Source: a virus. From it: a stretch of 64,000 nt of DNA. The stretch spans positions 3,803 to 67,802 of the IMG/VR virus record IMGVR_UViG_3300037882_002241; one strand, 5' to 3'. Under the pieces are notes generated by a model. It made no database searches. It saw only the letters and a program-made list of their open reading frames with translations, and had not been told where the DNA came from. Shown in pieces: positions 17,594 to 26,191 of the stretch. Position numbers and translations under genes: made by a program. How positions within the stretch are numbered: the stretch's first letter is position 1; every line of letters begins with the position of its first letter.

Positions 17594-17767
17594 TGTTTTA
17601 TAAAAATGAGCAAGAATTAAAAGCTGAAATTGAAAGGCTTCAAGGTTGCTATTACAGTGACTATGATGAGTGGCGTTATTGGCTGGATAATCAGATAAAA
17701 ATGAAGATTATTATTCCTGAAAATGGCGGTTACAGATTTAACAATGATTTTGTATTAGGAGAATAAA

Positions 17768-18388
17768 ATGACGAATGATAAAGTAACTAAAGAATCACAA
17801 ATTACGCTATTGGACGAAATTCGTGAGATAATACTTTCACAGCCAGGTTCATTTGATATGGAGCAATGGCATTCAGAATGTGGAACGTCACATTGTCTTG
17901 CTGGGTGGGTTCAAACTTTACGCGGCGGTTATGAAGCAGAATTATCTGGGGCAGCTCATTTGCCAGATTTTACTGATTTTTTCTATTTTACAACAGATAG
18001 AGTTAGGGAGTGGCTCGATAAGCGAGCTTACGCCCTTGATGATAAATGTTTCGTAAATAGCCTGTTTGGATTTATGTCAAACAGGCTAAACACTTATTCC
18101 ACTTTAGAAGAAGTGGAAAGATTAGACGGTGGTAATATTGATTGCTATAATTGTCATGATTGTCATGATTGCACTAATTGCCGTGATTGCACTAATTGCC
18201 GTGATTGCACTAATTGCCGTGATTGCACTAATTGCACTAATTGCCGTAATTGTCATGATTGCACTAATTGTCATGATTGCACTAATTGCCGTGATTGCAC
18301 TAATTGCCGTGATTGCCGTAATTGCACTAATTGCACTAATTGCTATGATTGTCATGATTGCTATGATTGTCATGATTGTACTAATTAA
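17768..18388 (+). CDS. Protein with FDMEQWH.CGTSHCLAGW domain and 27 tandem C-x-x repeats
   Basis: Translation; 9-bp DNA repeat 18139-18384. Confidence 0.75.
   Translation: MTNDKVTKESQITLLDEIREIILSQPGSFDMEQWHSECGTSHCLAGWVQTLRGGYEAELSGAAHLPDFTDFFYFTTDRVREWLDKRAYALDDKCFVNSLFGFMSNRLNTYSTLEEVERLDGGNIDCYNCHDCHDCTNCRDCTNCRDCTNCRDCTNCTNCRNCHDCTNCHDCTNCRDCTNCRDCRNCTNCTNCYDCHDCYDCHDCTN
18139..18386. repeat. 9-bp coding tandem repeat (tgcactaat / tgccgtgat / tgtcatgat)
   Basis: Directly visible. Confidence 0.9.
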
Positions 18389-18406
18389 AAAAACAAAAGA
18401 TTTAAT

Positions 18407-18919
18407 TTGAAGTTTAAGAGGTTGAAAACAAAAATGAAAATGAACATAAATGAGGTTAGGCAACAAATAATTGCCATTAAAGCATTGGTGACAGATGGTG
18501 ATGATGTTCTATTGCATGATATGATTGAAGGTGAGACAAGTTTAGAAGATTTATTATTATATCTTTTAAAGCAACTTTCAGAATATGAGGCTGCTATAAT
18601 TGGGCGAAAAGCTTTAATCAAAGATTGGCAAAATTTAAATGCAACTAAGGAATTACAGATTGAAAAAACACGTGAATTAGCATTGCAATTATTGCAAGAT
18701 AGCGGGTTGCCATCATACAGAACGCCACTAGGCAACATATCAATAGCAAAGGGGCGTGATGGTGTATTTATTGACGAAAACCTTCATTATGACGATAGAT
18801 TTTACAAAACAGTTAAAACTTTAGATAAAACTGCAATCAAAGAAGCCATTGCAAATGGTGAAACAATTCAAGGCGTGGTTAAAACCAACGCTAAGCCCCA
18901 CATAATTATTAGAAAGTAA
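18407..18919 (+). CDS. Siphovirus Gp157-family protein
   Basis: LHDMIEGET...LDKTAIKEAIANGETIQGV; adjacent to ERF. Confidence 0.8.
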   Translation: MKFKRLKTKMKMNINEVRQQIIAIKALVTDGDDVLLHDMIEGETSLEDLLLYLLKQLSEYEAAIIGRKALIKDWQNLNATKELQIEKTRELALQLLQDSGLPSYRTPLGNISIAKGRDGVFIDENLHYDDRFYKTVKTLDKTAIKEAIANGETIQGVVKTNAKPHIIIRK

Positions 18920-18924
18920 ATAAA

Positions 18925-19680
18925 ATGGAAGATACAAACTCACAAGTTAATAAGATTTACCCTGCTTTTATTAAAGCACAGGCGGAATTTGAATCTGTTC
19001 AAAAAGATGGCACTGTAAAGGCTGAAAGTAAAACTGGTGCTATAACTCGCAATTATAGCTATGCGACAATATCATCTGTCATTAGCATGATTAAACCAGT
19101 TTTAGCTAAGTATAATTTGGCAGTCATTCAGTTAATTAAAAACTCTAATTTTGAAAAGCACATAACCATTGAAACAAGATTAATTCATGATAGTGGTCAA
19201 GAGATTGTTACTGAATATTCAATGCCTGTTAAAGAGGTGGAGAAAAAAAACTGGGTAAATGGTCAAAACGTAACGGAATATAGATATATTGACTCACAGG
19301 CTCTTGGTTCTGCTATTACATATGCGCGGCGTTACGCTTTAACGTCATTTTTTGGGTTATCAACAGAAGATGATGATGGGCAACTTGCTAGTAAGAAAGA
19401 TGAACAAGTTAAAGATTTTAAGCAAGATGAAAAGCCACCTAAGTTTGTTGATAAACCAAAGCAAGAAGTGAAACCAGTTGAACCTGTACTACATGACGAA
19501 CAATCAAAGCACTTCAACGGCATGGTGGAAGCCTTAAATTCTTGTAAAACATTGCAAGAATTAAATGACAAGCTCGCCAGTGATAAATTCACAATAGCAC
19601 ATGAAAAGCTAACAAAACACGCGATTGGAAGCTTTCAGCTTAACATTGATGCACGCCGCAATCAATTAAAGGAGGTGTAA
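18925..19680 (+). CDS. erf: ERF-family single-strand annealing protein
   Basis: YSYATI...QALGSAITYARRYALTSFFGLSTEDDDG signature. Confidence 0.9.
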   Translation: MEDTNSQVNKIYPAFIKAQAEFESVQKDGTVKAESKTGAITRNYSYATISSVISMIKPVLAKYNLAVIQLIKNSNFEKHITIETRLIHDSGQEIVTEYSMPVKEVEKKNWVNGQNVTEYRYIDSQALGSAITYARRYALTSFFGLSTEDDDGQLASKKDEQVKDFKQDEKPPKFVDKPKQEVKPVEPVLHDEQSKHFNGMVEALNSCKTLQELNDKLASDKFTIAHEKLTKHAIGSFQLNIDARRNQLKEV

Positions 19681-19681
19681 G

Positions 19682-20188
19682 ATGATATTATCAGCACAAT
19701 CAATAATTAGAAGGCAAGGGCTATCAGTTTTTAATGGTGAATATATGATACGGCCATTTTATGAGACAAAGCAGTTGTTTGATGGCATGTCTTATGGGCT
19801 ATCAAGTGCAGGCTATGACTTTAGACTGTCATTGAACGGTGTTAAAGGCACTGTAAATGATGAATTTATTTTAAAGCCTAAAGAAAACATTCTTGCTTCT
19901 CTCATGGAATATATAAACGTTCCTGATGATATTTTAATCACGTTTGAAAACAAATCAAGCTTGATTAGAAGGCTTATAACTGTTCACAACACAGTATTTG
20001 AACCAAATTGGCAAGGTTATGCAACAGTTGAAATATCAAATTTAAGCAATGAGCCATTCATTTTGAAACATGGTATGCCTATTGGTCAAGGATTATTTCA
20101 TCGTCTAGACGAACCAACTGTAAACCCGTATAATGGAAAATATCAAAATCAACCAAATATACCAGTTAAATTTAAGTTAGAGGTGTAA
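19682..20188 (+). CDS. dcd: dCTP deaminase / dUTPase family
   Basis: SYGLSSAGYDFRL, KSSLIR, EPNWQG, YNGKYQNQ. Confidence 0.9.
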   Translation: MILSAQSIIRRQGLSVFNGEYMIRPFYETKQLFDGMSYGLSSAGYDFRLSLNGVKGTVNDEFILKPKENILASLMEYINVPDDILITFENKSSLIRRLITVHNTVFEPNWQGYATVEISNLSNEPFILKHGMPIGQGLFHRLDEPTVNPYNGKYQNQPNIPVKFKLEV

Positions 20189-20190
20189 TC

Positions 20191-20445
20191 ATGGAATGGA
20201 AACCAATAATAGAATTAAATGATGATTGTTGCACCATTGAAATAGGATGGGTTGATGATGATTGGGATAGGATTAACCCGTTTGAAACTAGCACTTTTTT
20301 AATTGACGGTGGATTAGCCATTGATAAATCTGAATTTAAACCAGAATATAATTTAAGTGATGCGTTAACAATAGAGCAACTGAAAAAAGAATATGAAGAA
20401 CATTATTTCTTCATTCACCCCGAATTTAAAGGAAAAACACATTGA
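20191..20445 (+). CDS. Hypothetical protein
   Basis: MEWKPI start typical of small phage proteins. Confidence 0.55.
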   Translation: MEWKPIIELNDDCCTIEIGWVDDDWDRINPFETSTFLIDGGLAIDKSEFKPEYNLSDALTIEQLKKEYEEHYFFIHPEFKGKTH

Positions 20446-20467
20446 CTTACTTTGACAGTGAAAAATA

Positions 20468-20947
20468 ATGTCTAATGACACAACTATAACCATGAAGCTA
20501 GTCAACGATGTCTTTGTATATGACAAAACAGACTGGCTTAATGAACGATTAATAAGTGAAATGAAGCAAGGTGTAACATACCACGCTTCGTTTGACAGAC
20601 CACGTTCAAAGAAGCACCATAGATGGTTTTTCGCATTAATGGGGTTAGTTCAAAAGGCATATCCTGATAAGTTTAGCAGTTTAGACGTTTTATTGTATGC
20701 TTTAAAAGATGTAACTAACTTAACAGAATTAGCAATGAACCCTATAACAGGTAAAATGATGGCTAAAGTTGGTTCAATATCTTTTGAGAAAATGAACCAA
20801 GATGATTTTTTTGACTGGTCAGCAAGGGCAATATTGGCACTTAATGAATTTATAGGTGATGATGTTGTTACAATTTTTATGCCTGATAATGTTAAAGAAA
20901 AACCAAAGTTAATAACTGCAATGAATAAACACCGTGAGGAAAAATAA
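20468..20947 (+). CDS. DUF1367/NinB-like recombination protein
   Basis: PRSKKHHRWFFAL...SISFEKMNQDDF. Confidence 0.65.
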   Translation: MSNDTTITMKLVNDVFVYDKTDWLNERLISEMKQGVTYHASFDRPRSKKHHRWFFALMGLVQKAYPDKFSSLDVLLYALKDVTNLTELAMNPITGKMMAKVGSISFEKMNQDDFFDWSARAILALNEFIGDDVVTIFMPDNVKEKPKLITAMNKHREEK

Positions 20948-21161
20948 ATGCTAGACTCAAAAACACTAAGAGATTTAAGAATAAGACTAACTAATAAAGA
21001 ATTCGTCGATTTAATTATTAATAAAAAATTACCTAACATATACGAATGCATATATGATTTAAACAAGAAAATTAATGAACTTGAAGCCTATATTTTTTTA
21101 TTAGAAGATAAAATTAAAAATAAAGCTTGATTAATTGTTTTAAGTAAGCTATAAGAAAATA

Positions 21162-21254
21162 GCAGTTGCCTTAAATATCTTTGCAAAATTTTCCCTTAGA
21201 TGGATACAGGTGGCGACTGCAAAGATTGCCTGTATCTTTCTAAGGGTTTTTTTT
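21162..21254 (+). promoter_or_regulatory. Structured leader (a-b-a'-b' pseudoknot/terminator)
   Basis: GCAGTTGCC/GGCGACTGC and CCCTTAGATGGATACAGG/CCTGTATCTTTCTAAGGG, then T8. Confidence 0.75.
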
Positions 21255-21264
21255 GGAAAAAACT

Positions 21265-22251
21265 ATGAATGAATTAATTAAAGTAGAAGAAACTATAAAC
21301 AATTCACCAATATCAAAATCATTGATTTTTAATCATTTATTAGGTGAAGGGGGGGCATTTTCTGACAATGATGTTAACTGGCATAGATTGGATGTTTTAT
21401 TAAGCGCCTTTTCTGTTGATTTTTTTAATATCTATGAATATCTCGAAAAAAGCCATCTTATAGAAAGATTTAAAAAAAATGTTATAAGCGCAAACTATCT
21501 TGATGATAGTGGTATTATTTTTTATATAAATGAAAGTGGCATTAAATTAATTGAACCATTACTTTTAAGAAAAAAAGAATTTAGTAATTTTCTTGCATTA
21601 ATAAATTCACATAAATTTATATTAAATGACAATGTTTCTTTTAATGATGACTTGGGGTTCGTGTATGCTTATCATATTAATATCAATGGTGATGATTTTT
21701 ATAAAATAGGCAAATCTAAAAGCAGCGTTGATTCACGTGGTAAGGTTATATCTAGCGGGTTGCCATTTAAGGGGCTAGAATTATTAAAATGCACAAAAGT
21801 AGCTAATTATAGTGCCGCTGAATTGCATTTACATAATAAATTCAAAGATTATAGAACGAATGGTGAGTGGTTTAAGTTAGATAAAGTAAATTCTGATTTA
21901 TTAACATATCATATGAATAAATTATCTTTAATTGAAAGTAAAATAACAGTTGCACCACAAAGCATGAGTAGCAACTTTTATTTAGGGGATACAGTTGAAA
22001 ACCTAAAAACAAATTATGAGTATAATCACTTAACAGATAAAATGTGTGAAGAATCACAGTGGTTCTTTGATGGATTAATGGAAGTCAGTGACGAAACACA
22101 AATTTTTTTAACTGAAAAGAAAATAAATAGAAATGCACATTTTAAGAAAGATTCTAGTGATGAATCCATAAATAAAAGTGTAAGTGAAATAATAAATTAC
22201 AACCTCATGAATAAATTTATGGGCTGTCATTTAATTTTAGATGAATGGTAA
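21265..22251 (+). CDS. GIY-YIG (T5orf172-like) domain protein
   Basis: GFVYAY...YKIGKS...R...AELHLHNKFKDYRTNGEWF. Confidence 0.8.
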   Translation: MNELIKVEETINNSPISKSLIFNHLLGEGGAFSDNDVNWHRLDVLLSAFSVDFFNIYEYLEKSHLIERFKKNVISANYLDDSGIIFYINESGIKLIEPLLLRKKEFSNFLALINSHKFILNDNVSFNDDLGFVYAYHININGDDFYKIGKSKSSVDSRGKVISSGLPFKGLELLKCTKVANYSAAELHLHNKFKDYRTNGEWFKLDKVNSDLLTYHMNKLSLIESKITVAPQSMSSNFYLGDTVENLKTNYEYNHLTDKMCEESQWFFDGLMEVSDETQIFLTEKKINRNAHFKKDSSDESINKSVSEIINYNLMNKFMGCHLILDEW

Positions 22252-22345
22252 AAATCTAAAATTAGCAGAAATTGTCAATTTTAACACAGATAGCTATTGA
22301 CATTATGGCAAATTAATATAAATTAAATACAAATAGGAATTGAAA

Positions 22346-22750
22346 ATGAGTAGCATTAACAAAGTAATTTTAGTTGGTAATTTAACCAAAGACCCTGAAA
22401 CTAGGCGCATGACAGATGGTTCACCCGTTGTTTCATTAACACTAGCTACGTCTGAAAAATGGAAAGACAAGAACAGTGGTGAATTTAAGGAAGTGTCGGA
22501 ATTTCACAATATTGTGATTTTTAACGATAACCTTGCCAAAATTGCCGAACAATATTTAAGAAAAGGCGCTAAGGTTTATCTTGAAGGTCAGCTTAAAACC
22601 CGTAAATGGGAAAAAGACGGCGTTATGCGTTATACAACTGAAATTGTATTGCAAAAATACAAAGGTGAATTGGCTATGGTAGGCGGGAAGTCAAGTGAAG
22701 TTACAGAAACAAATAACGCACGTGATTTGGATGACGATATTCCTTTTTAG
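22346..22750 (+). CDS. ssb: Single-stranded DNA-binding protein
   Basis: SINKVILVGNL.KDPE...KGAKVYLEGQLKTRKW...DLDDDIPF. Confidence 0.97.
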   Translation: MSSINKVILVGNLTKDPETRRMTDGSPVVSLTLATSEKWKDKNSGEFKEVSEFHNIVIFNDNLAKIAEQYLRKGAKVYLEGQLKTRKWEKDGVMRYTTEIVLQKYKGELAMVGGKSSEVTETNNARDLDDDIPF

Positions 22751-22987
22751 GAAAGTAATCCTACTTAATAACTAAGGAGTATCTAGTTTTGACCTTTGAC
22801 CATTTAAATTATATACATGGATTGCTTGATAAGGTAAATTCAAGCGAGTTACCAGTTGTAACTTATTCTAAAAGACCAATTGGTAAGTCAATCCTAAAAA
22901 ATAAACTTGTTAAAGGTAATAACAAAATTAGAGGGTTGGACGCTATGTGCGTTGGAATAGATGATATGATTCGATGGGAATATAAAA

Positions 22988-23353
22988 ATGAGCAGAAAAC
23001 GACTATCTAGCACCCGCGTAATAGACATTTTTGAAGCGTATGACAAAAAGTGTTATGTGTGCAAAGAACAATTAGGCGGTCGTGATAGCTGGCATTTAGA
23101 CCACGTTGTAGCACGTTGCATAGGTGGTAAAGATGAAATTGAAAACCTAGCCCCTATTTGTTTAACGTGTCACGGCATTAAAACAGATAAGGGTGTATTC
23201 AGTGATAAGTCACGGGGTGCTAAAGTTAAACGGGTTAGATTAGAACAAACAGGATATAAGCCTATAAAAAAGCATAAAATACCGTCAAGGGGATTTAAAC
23301 AAGGCACATCACCACGGGTTAAAGATATTAATGACGATTTAATGGAGTGTTAA
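22988..23353 (+). CDS. HNH endonuclease
   Basis: CYVC...DHVVARCIGG.D...NL.PICLTCHGIKT. Confidence 0.85.
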   Translation: MSRKRLSSTRVIDIFEAYDKKCYVCKEQLGGRDSWHLDHVVARCIGGKDEIENLAPICLTCHGIKTDKGVFSDKSRGAKVKRVRLEQTGYKPIKKHKIPSRGFKQGTSPRVKDINDDLMEC

Positions 23354-23577
23354 TGGTGAGCAAGAACAATTATCTAAGAAAATACAGTGACTTTGATTTG
23401 CATGAGATTGCAACAACTAAGCAATGTCCTGAATGGGTAAAAGATAAAACAGCGGAAGAAGCATATGAATGTGGTTATTTTCATGCTTTAACCGCCGTCA
23501 AAGATGATACGTTAATTGTAGAGGTATTAGAAGATGAGTGTTGACATTGGCTAATTTTTCAGATAAATAATTAATAC

Positions 23578-23649
23578 AGACAAGTTAGTTTATTGGTAAA
23601 ACACGGCAACGTCAGTTGAGAATTAGGTTTGGTTCATGAACGTCCGCCA
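23578..23649 (+). pseudogene. Degenerate tRNA-like sequence (possibly Asp, GTC)
   Basis: D-arm GTTT-ATTGGTA-AAAC, CAAC-GTCA-GTTG hairpin, 3' GCCA; T-arm eroded. Confidence 0.4.
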
Positions 23650-23653
23650 TAAA

Positions 23654-23728
23654 TGCGCTGTAGCTCAGTGGTAGAGCGGAAGATTGAAAATCTTCGCGTC
23701 GCTTGTTCAATCCAAGCCAGTGCAACCA
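23654..23728 (+). tRNA. tRNA-Phe (GAA)
   Basis: TAGCTCAGTGGTAGAGC, GAAGA-TTGAAAA-TCTTC, TTCAA T-loop, ACCA. Confidence 0.9.
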
Positions 23729-23733
23729 AATAT

Positions 23734-23809
23734 CTCGCAATAGCAAAACGGTTAATGCGCACGCCTGCAAAGCAGTAAGGTGACAGTTCGAATCTGTCTT
23801 GCGAGTCCA
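23734..23809 (+). tRNA. tRNA-Cys (GCA)
   Basis: CTGCAAA loop, GTTCGAATC, U73 discriminator (Cys identity) then CCA. Confidence 0.85.
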
Positions 23810-23813
23810 ATAT

Positions 23814-23889
23814 TCGGGGGAAGTTTAACTGGTTGAACGTCTCTCTTTGACAGAGAAGGTATTAGGTTCGATACCTAAGCCCCGAGCCA
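23814..23889 (+). tRNA. tRNA-Gln (TTG)
   Basis: TCTCT-CTTTGAC-AGAGA, GGTTCGATACC, U1-A72, GCCA. Confidence 0.85.
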
Positions 23890-23890
23890 T

Positions 23891-23965
23891 CGCACGTTAG
23901 CATTAAGGCAATGCCATTTGCTCATAACAAATACTAACTAGGTTCGATTCCTAGACGTGTGACCA
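23891..23965 (+). tRNA. tRNA-Met/Ile2 (CAT)
   Basis: ATTTG-CTCATAA-CAAAT, GGTTCGATTCC, ACCA. Confidence 0.85.
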
Positions 23966-24014
23966 TTTTTTTATTGACATTATTAAGTAAATTATGTATA
24001 TTGATTTTGACAGT

Positions 24015-24111
24015 AACTACTAAGGCTATGATTTATTATCCTCAAAGTAGTAGTTCATATGATAACACCTCAAGGCTATGGTAGCGTGTTATCCTCAAAG
24101 TGAGGGGTTAT
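24015..24111 (+). ncRNA. Candidate twin-hairpin sRNA
   Basis: Two stems of different sequence each enclosing AAGGCTATG...TTATCCTCAAAGT; TTGACA/TATATT promoter at 23975-24002. Confidence 0.6.
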
Positions 24112-24131
24112 TCTTTTTAACACTTGTAAAC

Positions 24132-24288
24132 AAAAAAATAGGACACCCGAAGATGTCCCACTTAAATGTTAATAGATTTTTTGAAACTTTGGCATAGTTT
24201 TTTTAAAAAATACTTTTAAGTCTTACGGGGAAGGTTTTAAAAATTAACCATGACGAAAAAAGTTAAAACCAACGCTCCCATAAGCACA
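24132..24288 (-). ncRNA. Candidate sRNA with UUCG intrinsic terminator
   Basis: TTGACA (24324-24319) and -10 box, long 5' hairpin, GGGACATC-TTCG-GGTGTCCT-ATTTTTTT terminator. Confidence 0.55.
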
Positions 24289-24320
24289 TATGTATTATAT
24301 AGCTATCAATCTTTAAAATG

Positions 24321-24497
24321 TCAAGCACTTAATCTACGATTATATTCATTTTGCCCCATTAAATATAGCTCATAGTAAATAGAGCCTTTCTTTAATTTGA
24401 CGGGTTCATCTTCAATCAAACAACATTCATAAAAATCATGGGCTAGGTTCATGTATGTGTCATAACCTGCAATATGGGCAATGTCTTTAGCTGTCAT
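24321..24497 (-). CDS. Small hypothetical protein (58 aa)
   Basis: Manual translation MTAKDIAHIAG...; AAGGA RBS; upstream TTGACA. Confidence 0.55.
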   Translation of the reverse strand: MTAKDIAHIAGYDTYMNLAHDFYECCLIEDEPVKLKKGSIYYELYLMGQNEYNRRLSA

Positions 24498-24620
24498 TGG
24501 TTTATTCCTTGTGTTGTGTTTATCTTATGTTATTTTGTTGATTGTGTCAAGATTGCTATTGACATAACGATTGTTGTGGTATATCTATATAATATAAGAG
24601 CATGAAAATGATAATATGGG

Positions 24621-24753
24621 TAGCCATTGTGGGTGTAATAGGAGCGAAGTAGATTACTCCCCAGAGAATTAAAAAGACTGGTTACCCCTCTCAGTGATAA
24701 GGCGTAATTAACCTTTAGAGATGATGCAGGTGCAAGTCCTGTATGGCTAACCA
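24621..24753 (+). ncRNA. Oversized tRNA-like RNA
   Basis: 7-bp acceptor TAGCCAT/ATGGCTA + A + CCA; T-arm GCAGG-TGCAAGT-CCTGT; ~100-nt interior without canonical anticodon arm. Confidence 0.65.
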
Positions 24754-24802
24754 TATTATTATTTGTAAATGTTGATTTATTAAAATAATAGAGGAGAATA
24801 AA

Positions 24803-25114
24803 ATGTTAAAAACTTACGTTAGAAAACCGCTAGAAGTTCAAGCTATTGAATTGACTAGAGATAATTTGCAAGATGTAGCAAATTGGTTGAATAAACTTGA
24901 TTTGCCTAAAGTATTTTTTGAAAGAAATATATCACACTTTGATGTTAAGAATAATTTCTGGCTTGGGGGTTTTAGTGATGACGGCATTTTAAGGGTGGAG
25001 ATATCAGTTGGTGAATATATAACATATGATAAATTTCATGGGTTCAACCATCGCGAACATATATTGAGTTGTTTGTGTAATGGTGATTTTGAAGTTAAAG
25101 AGGAAGGAGAATAA
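24803..25114 (+). CDS. Conserved phage hypothetical protein
   Basis: YVRKPLEVQAIE...VGEYI pattern; GAGGAG RBS. Confidence 0.65.
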   Translation: MLKTYVRKPLEVQAIELTRDNLQDVANWLNKLDLPKVFFERNISHFDVKNNFWLGGFSDDGILRVEISVGEYITYDKFHGFNHREHILSCLCNGDFEVKEEGE

Positions 25115-25342
25115 AATGATAATACCACCATTAGCGCTAGAAAAACACTTTATACCTTATCACTCAATACAAAGCATTGATTTTTCCTATGAAGGATGTG
25201 TTTGTATTACTTATGAATATCAAAAAATGCAATCTTTTGACAAGGGAAGTGAAGATTATAAAAAAGTTAGAAGTTACGCTGATTTTGTTAGTAAAATTAC
25301 AATGTTGTCATTTGGAATGAATTAAACAACTACAATGACCAT

Positions 25343-26068
25343 CTATAAACAAAACTTAGCGTCACGGGCATTGTAACCCTTTAAGAAATACTCTTGGCGT
25401 TGTTTACCACTGCCATGAGTATATTCACTAGGTTTTGTTGTGTTTCCGCTTATAATATCATCACCAATAGCATTAGCAAGGTGTAATGCACCGTCTTTAA
25501 TCTTTGCAGCTAACTTATGTGATTTAAACGACTTACCCATATAATAGCCTGTTAAGCAATCAGATTGCAATTCAACCTTAACCCCGCCTAAACCTAGTAA
25601 GCCATTCGTGTATTGTATATGATGCGCTAATTCATGAGCTAAAACATAAATATAAGCTATCTCTTTTGAAACGCCATCTTTGCAGCCTTTAAAGCGGACG
25701 CATAACCCATCTTGTGATTTTTGGTTAATATAAATGCCTTTATCGCTAGGGCAGTAAAATAAGCCGCCATATAGGCTTTCTAATCCACAAGCGGTGTTAT
25801 CACCATCTTTAATAAGATTGATTTTAACGCCCGTTTTTAGCAACCCTGTAGGATTGTAAACAGTCTGAAAATCTTTTACAATTAGTGTTGTTAAATCTTT
25901 AAAATCAATCGCAGCGTTTTTGTTGTTTTCCGTCGCCACATATAATCCAGCGCTTGCGAATATTGCCCCCGCTAAAGGGACACCTAAAGAAAAGGCTATT
26001 TTCTTAGTGCGTGTATCAACTATTTTAACAATGGCGGGTTTAGCCTTAGTTTTTAACCATTTAAACAT
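25343..26068 (-). CDS. Neutral zinc metallopeptidase (YpfJ-like), membrane anchored
   Basis: TACG...FYCPSD, YVLAHELAHHIQ (HExxH), ELQSDCLTG, IGDD, THGS..QR. Confidence 0.9.
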   Translation of the reverse strand: MFKWLKTKAKPAIVKIVDTRTKKIAFSLGVPLAGAIFASAGLYVATENNKNAAIDFKDLTTLIVKDFQTVYNPTGLLKTGVKINLIKDGDNTACGLESLYGGLFYCPSDKGIYINQKSQDGLCVRFKGCKDGVSKEIAYIYVLAHELAHHIQYTNGLLGLGGVKVELQSDCLTGYYMGKSFKSHKLAAKIKDGALHLANAIGDDIISGNTTKPSEYTHGSGKQRQEYFLKGYNARDAKFCL

Positions 26069-26191
26069 TACTAATTCCCTGCTTTAATGCAGATTTTCTC
26101 TGATTGATAGCACGTTGTTTTAACTTGTGGCTTATGTGTAACTTGTGTTTCTCCGCATTTTTTAGCATTCCAAAACATATCTTAATCTGTC

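Noticed and set aside
18122-18466. Hydrophobic VIALIA/ITAISA repeat ORFs
   Set aside because: Other frames of the 9-bp repeat within 17768-18388; no RBS support
24530-24754. 74-aa minus-strand ORF
   Set aside because: Antisense to the tRNA-like RNA and its promoter; no RBS or recognisable motif
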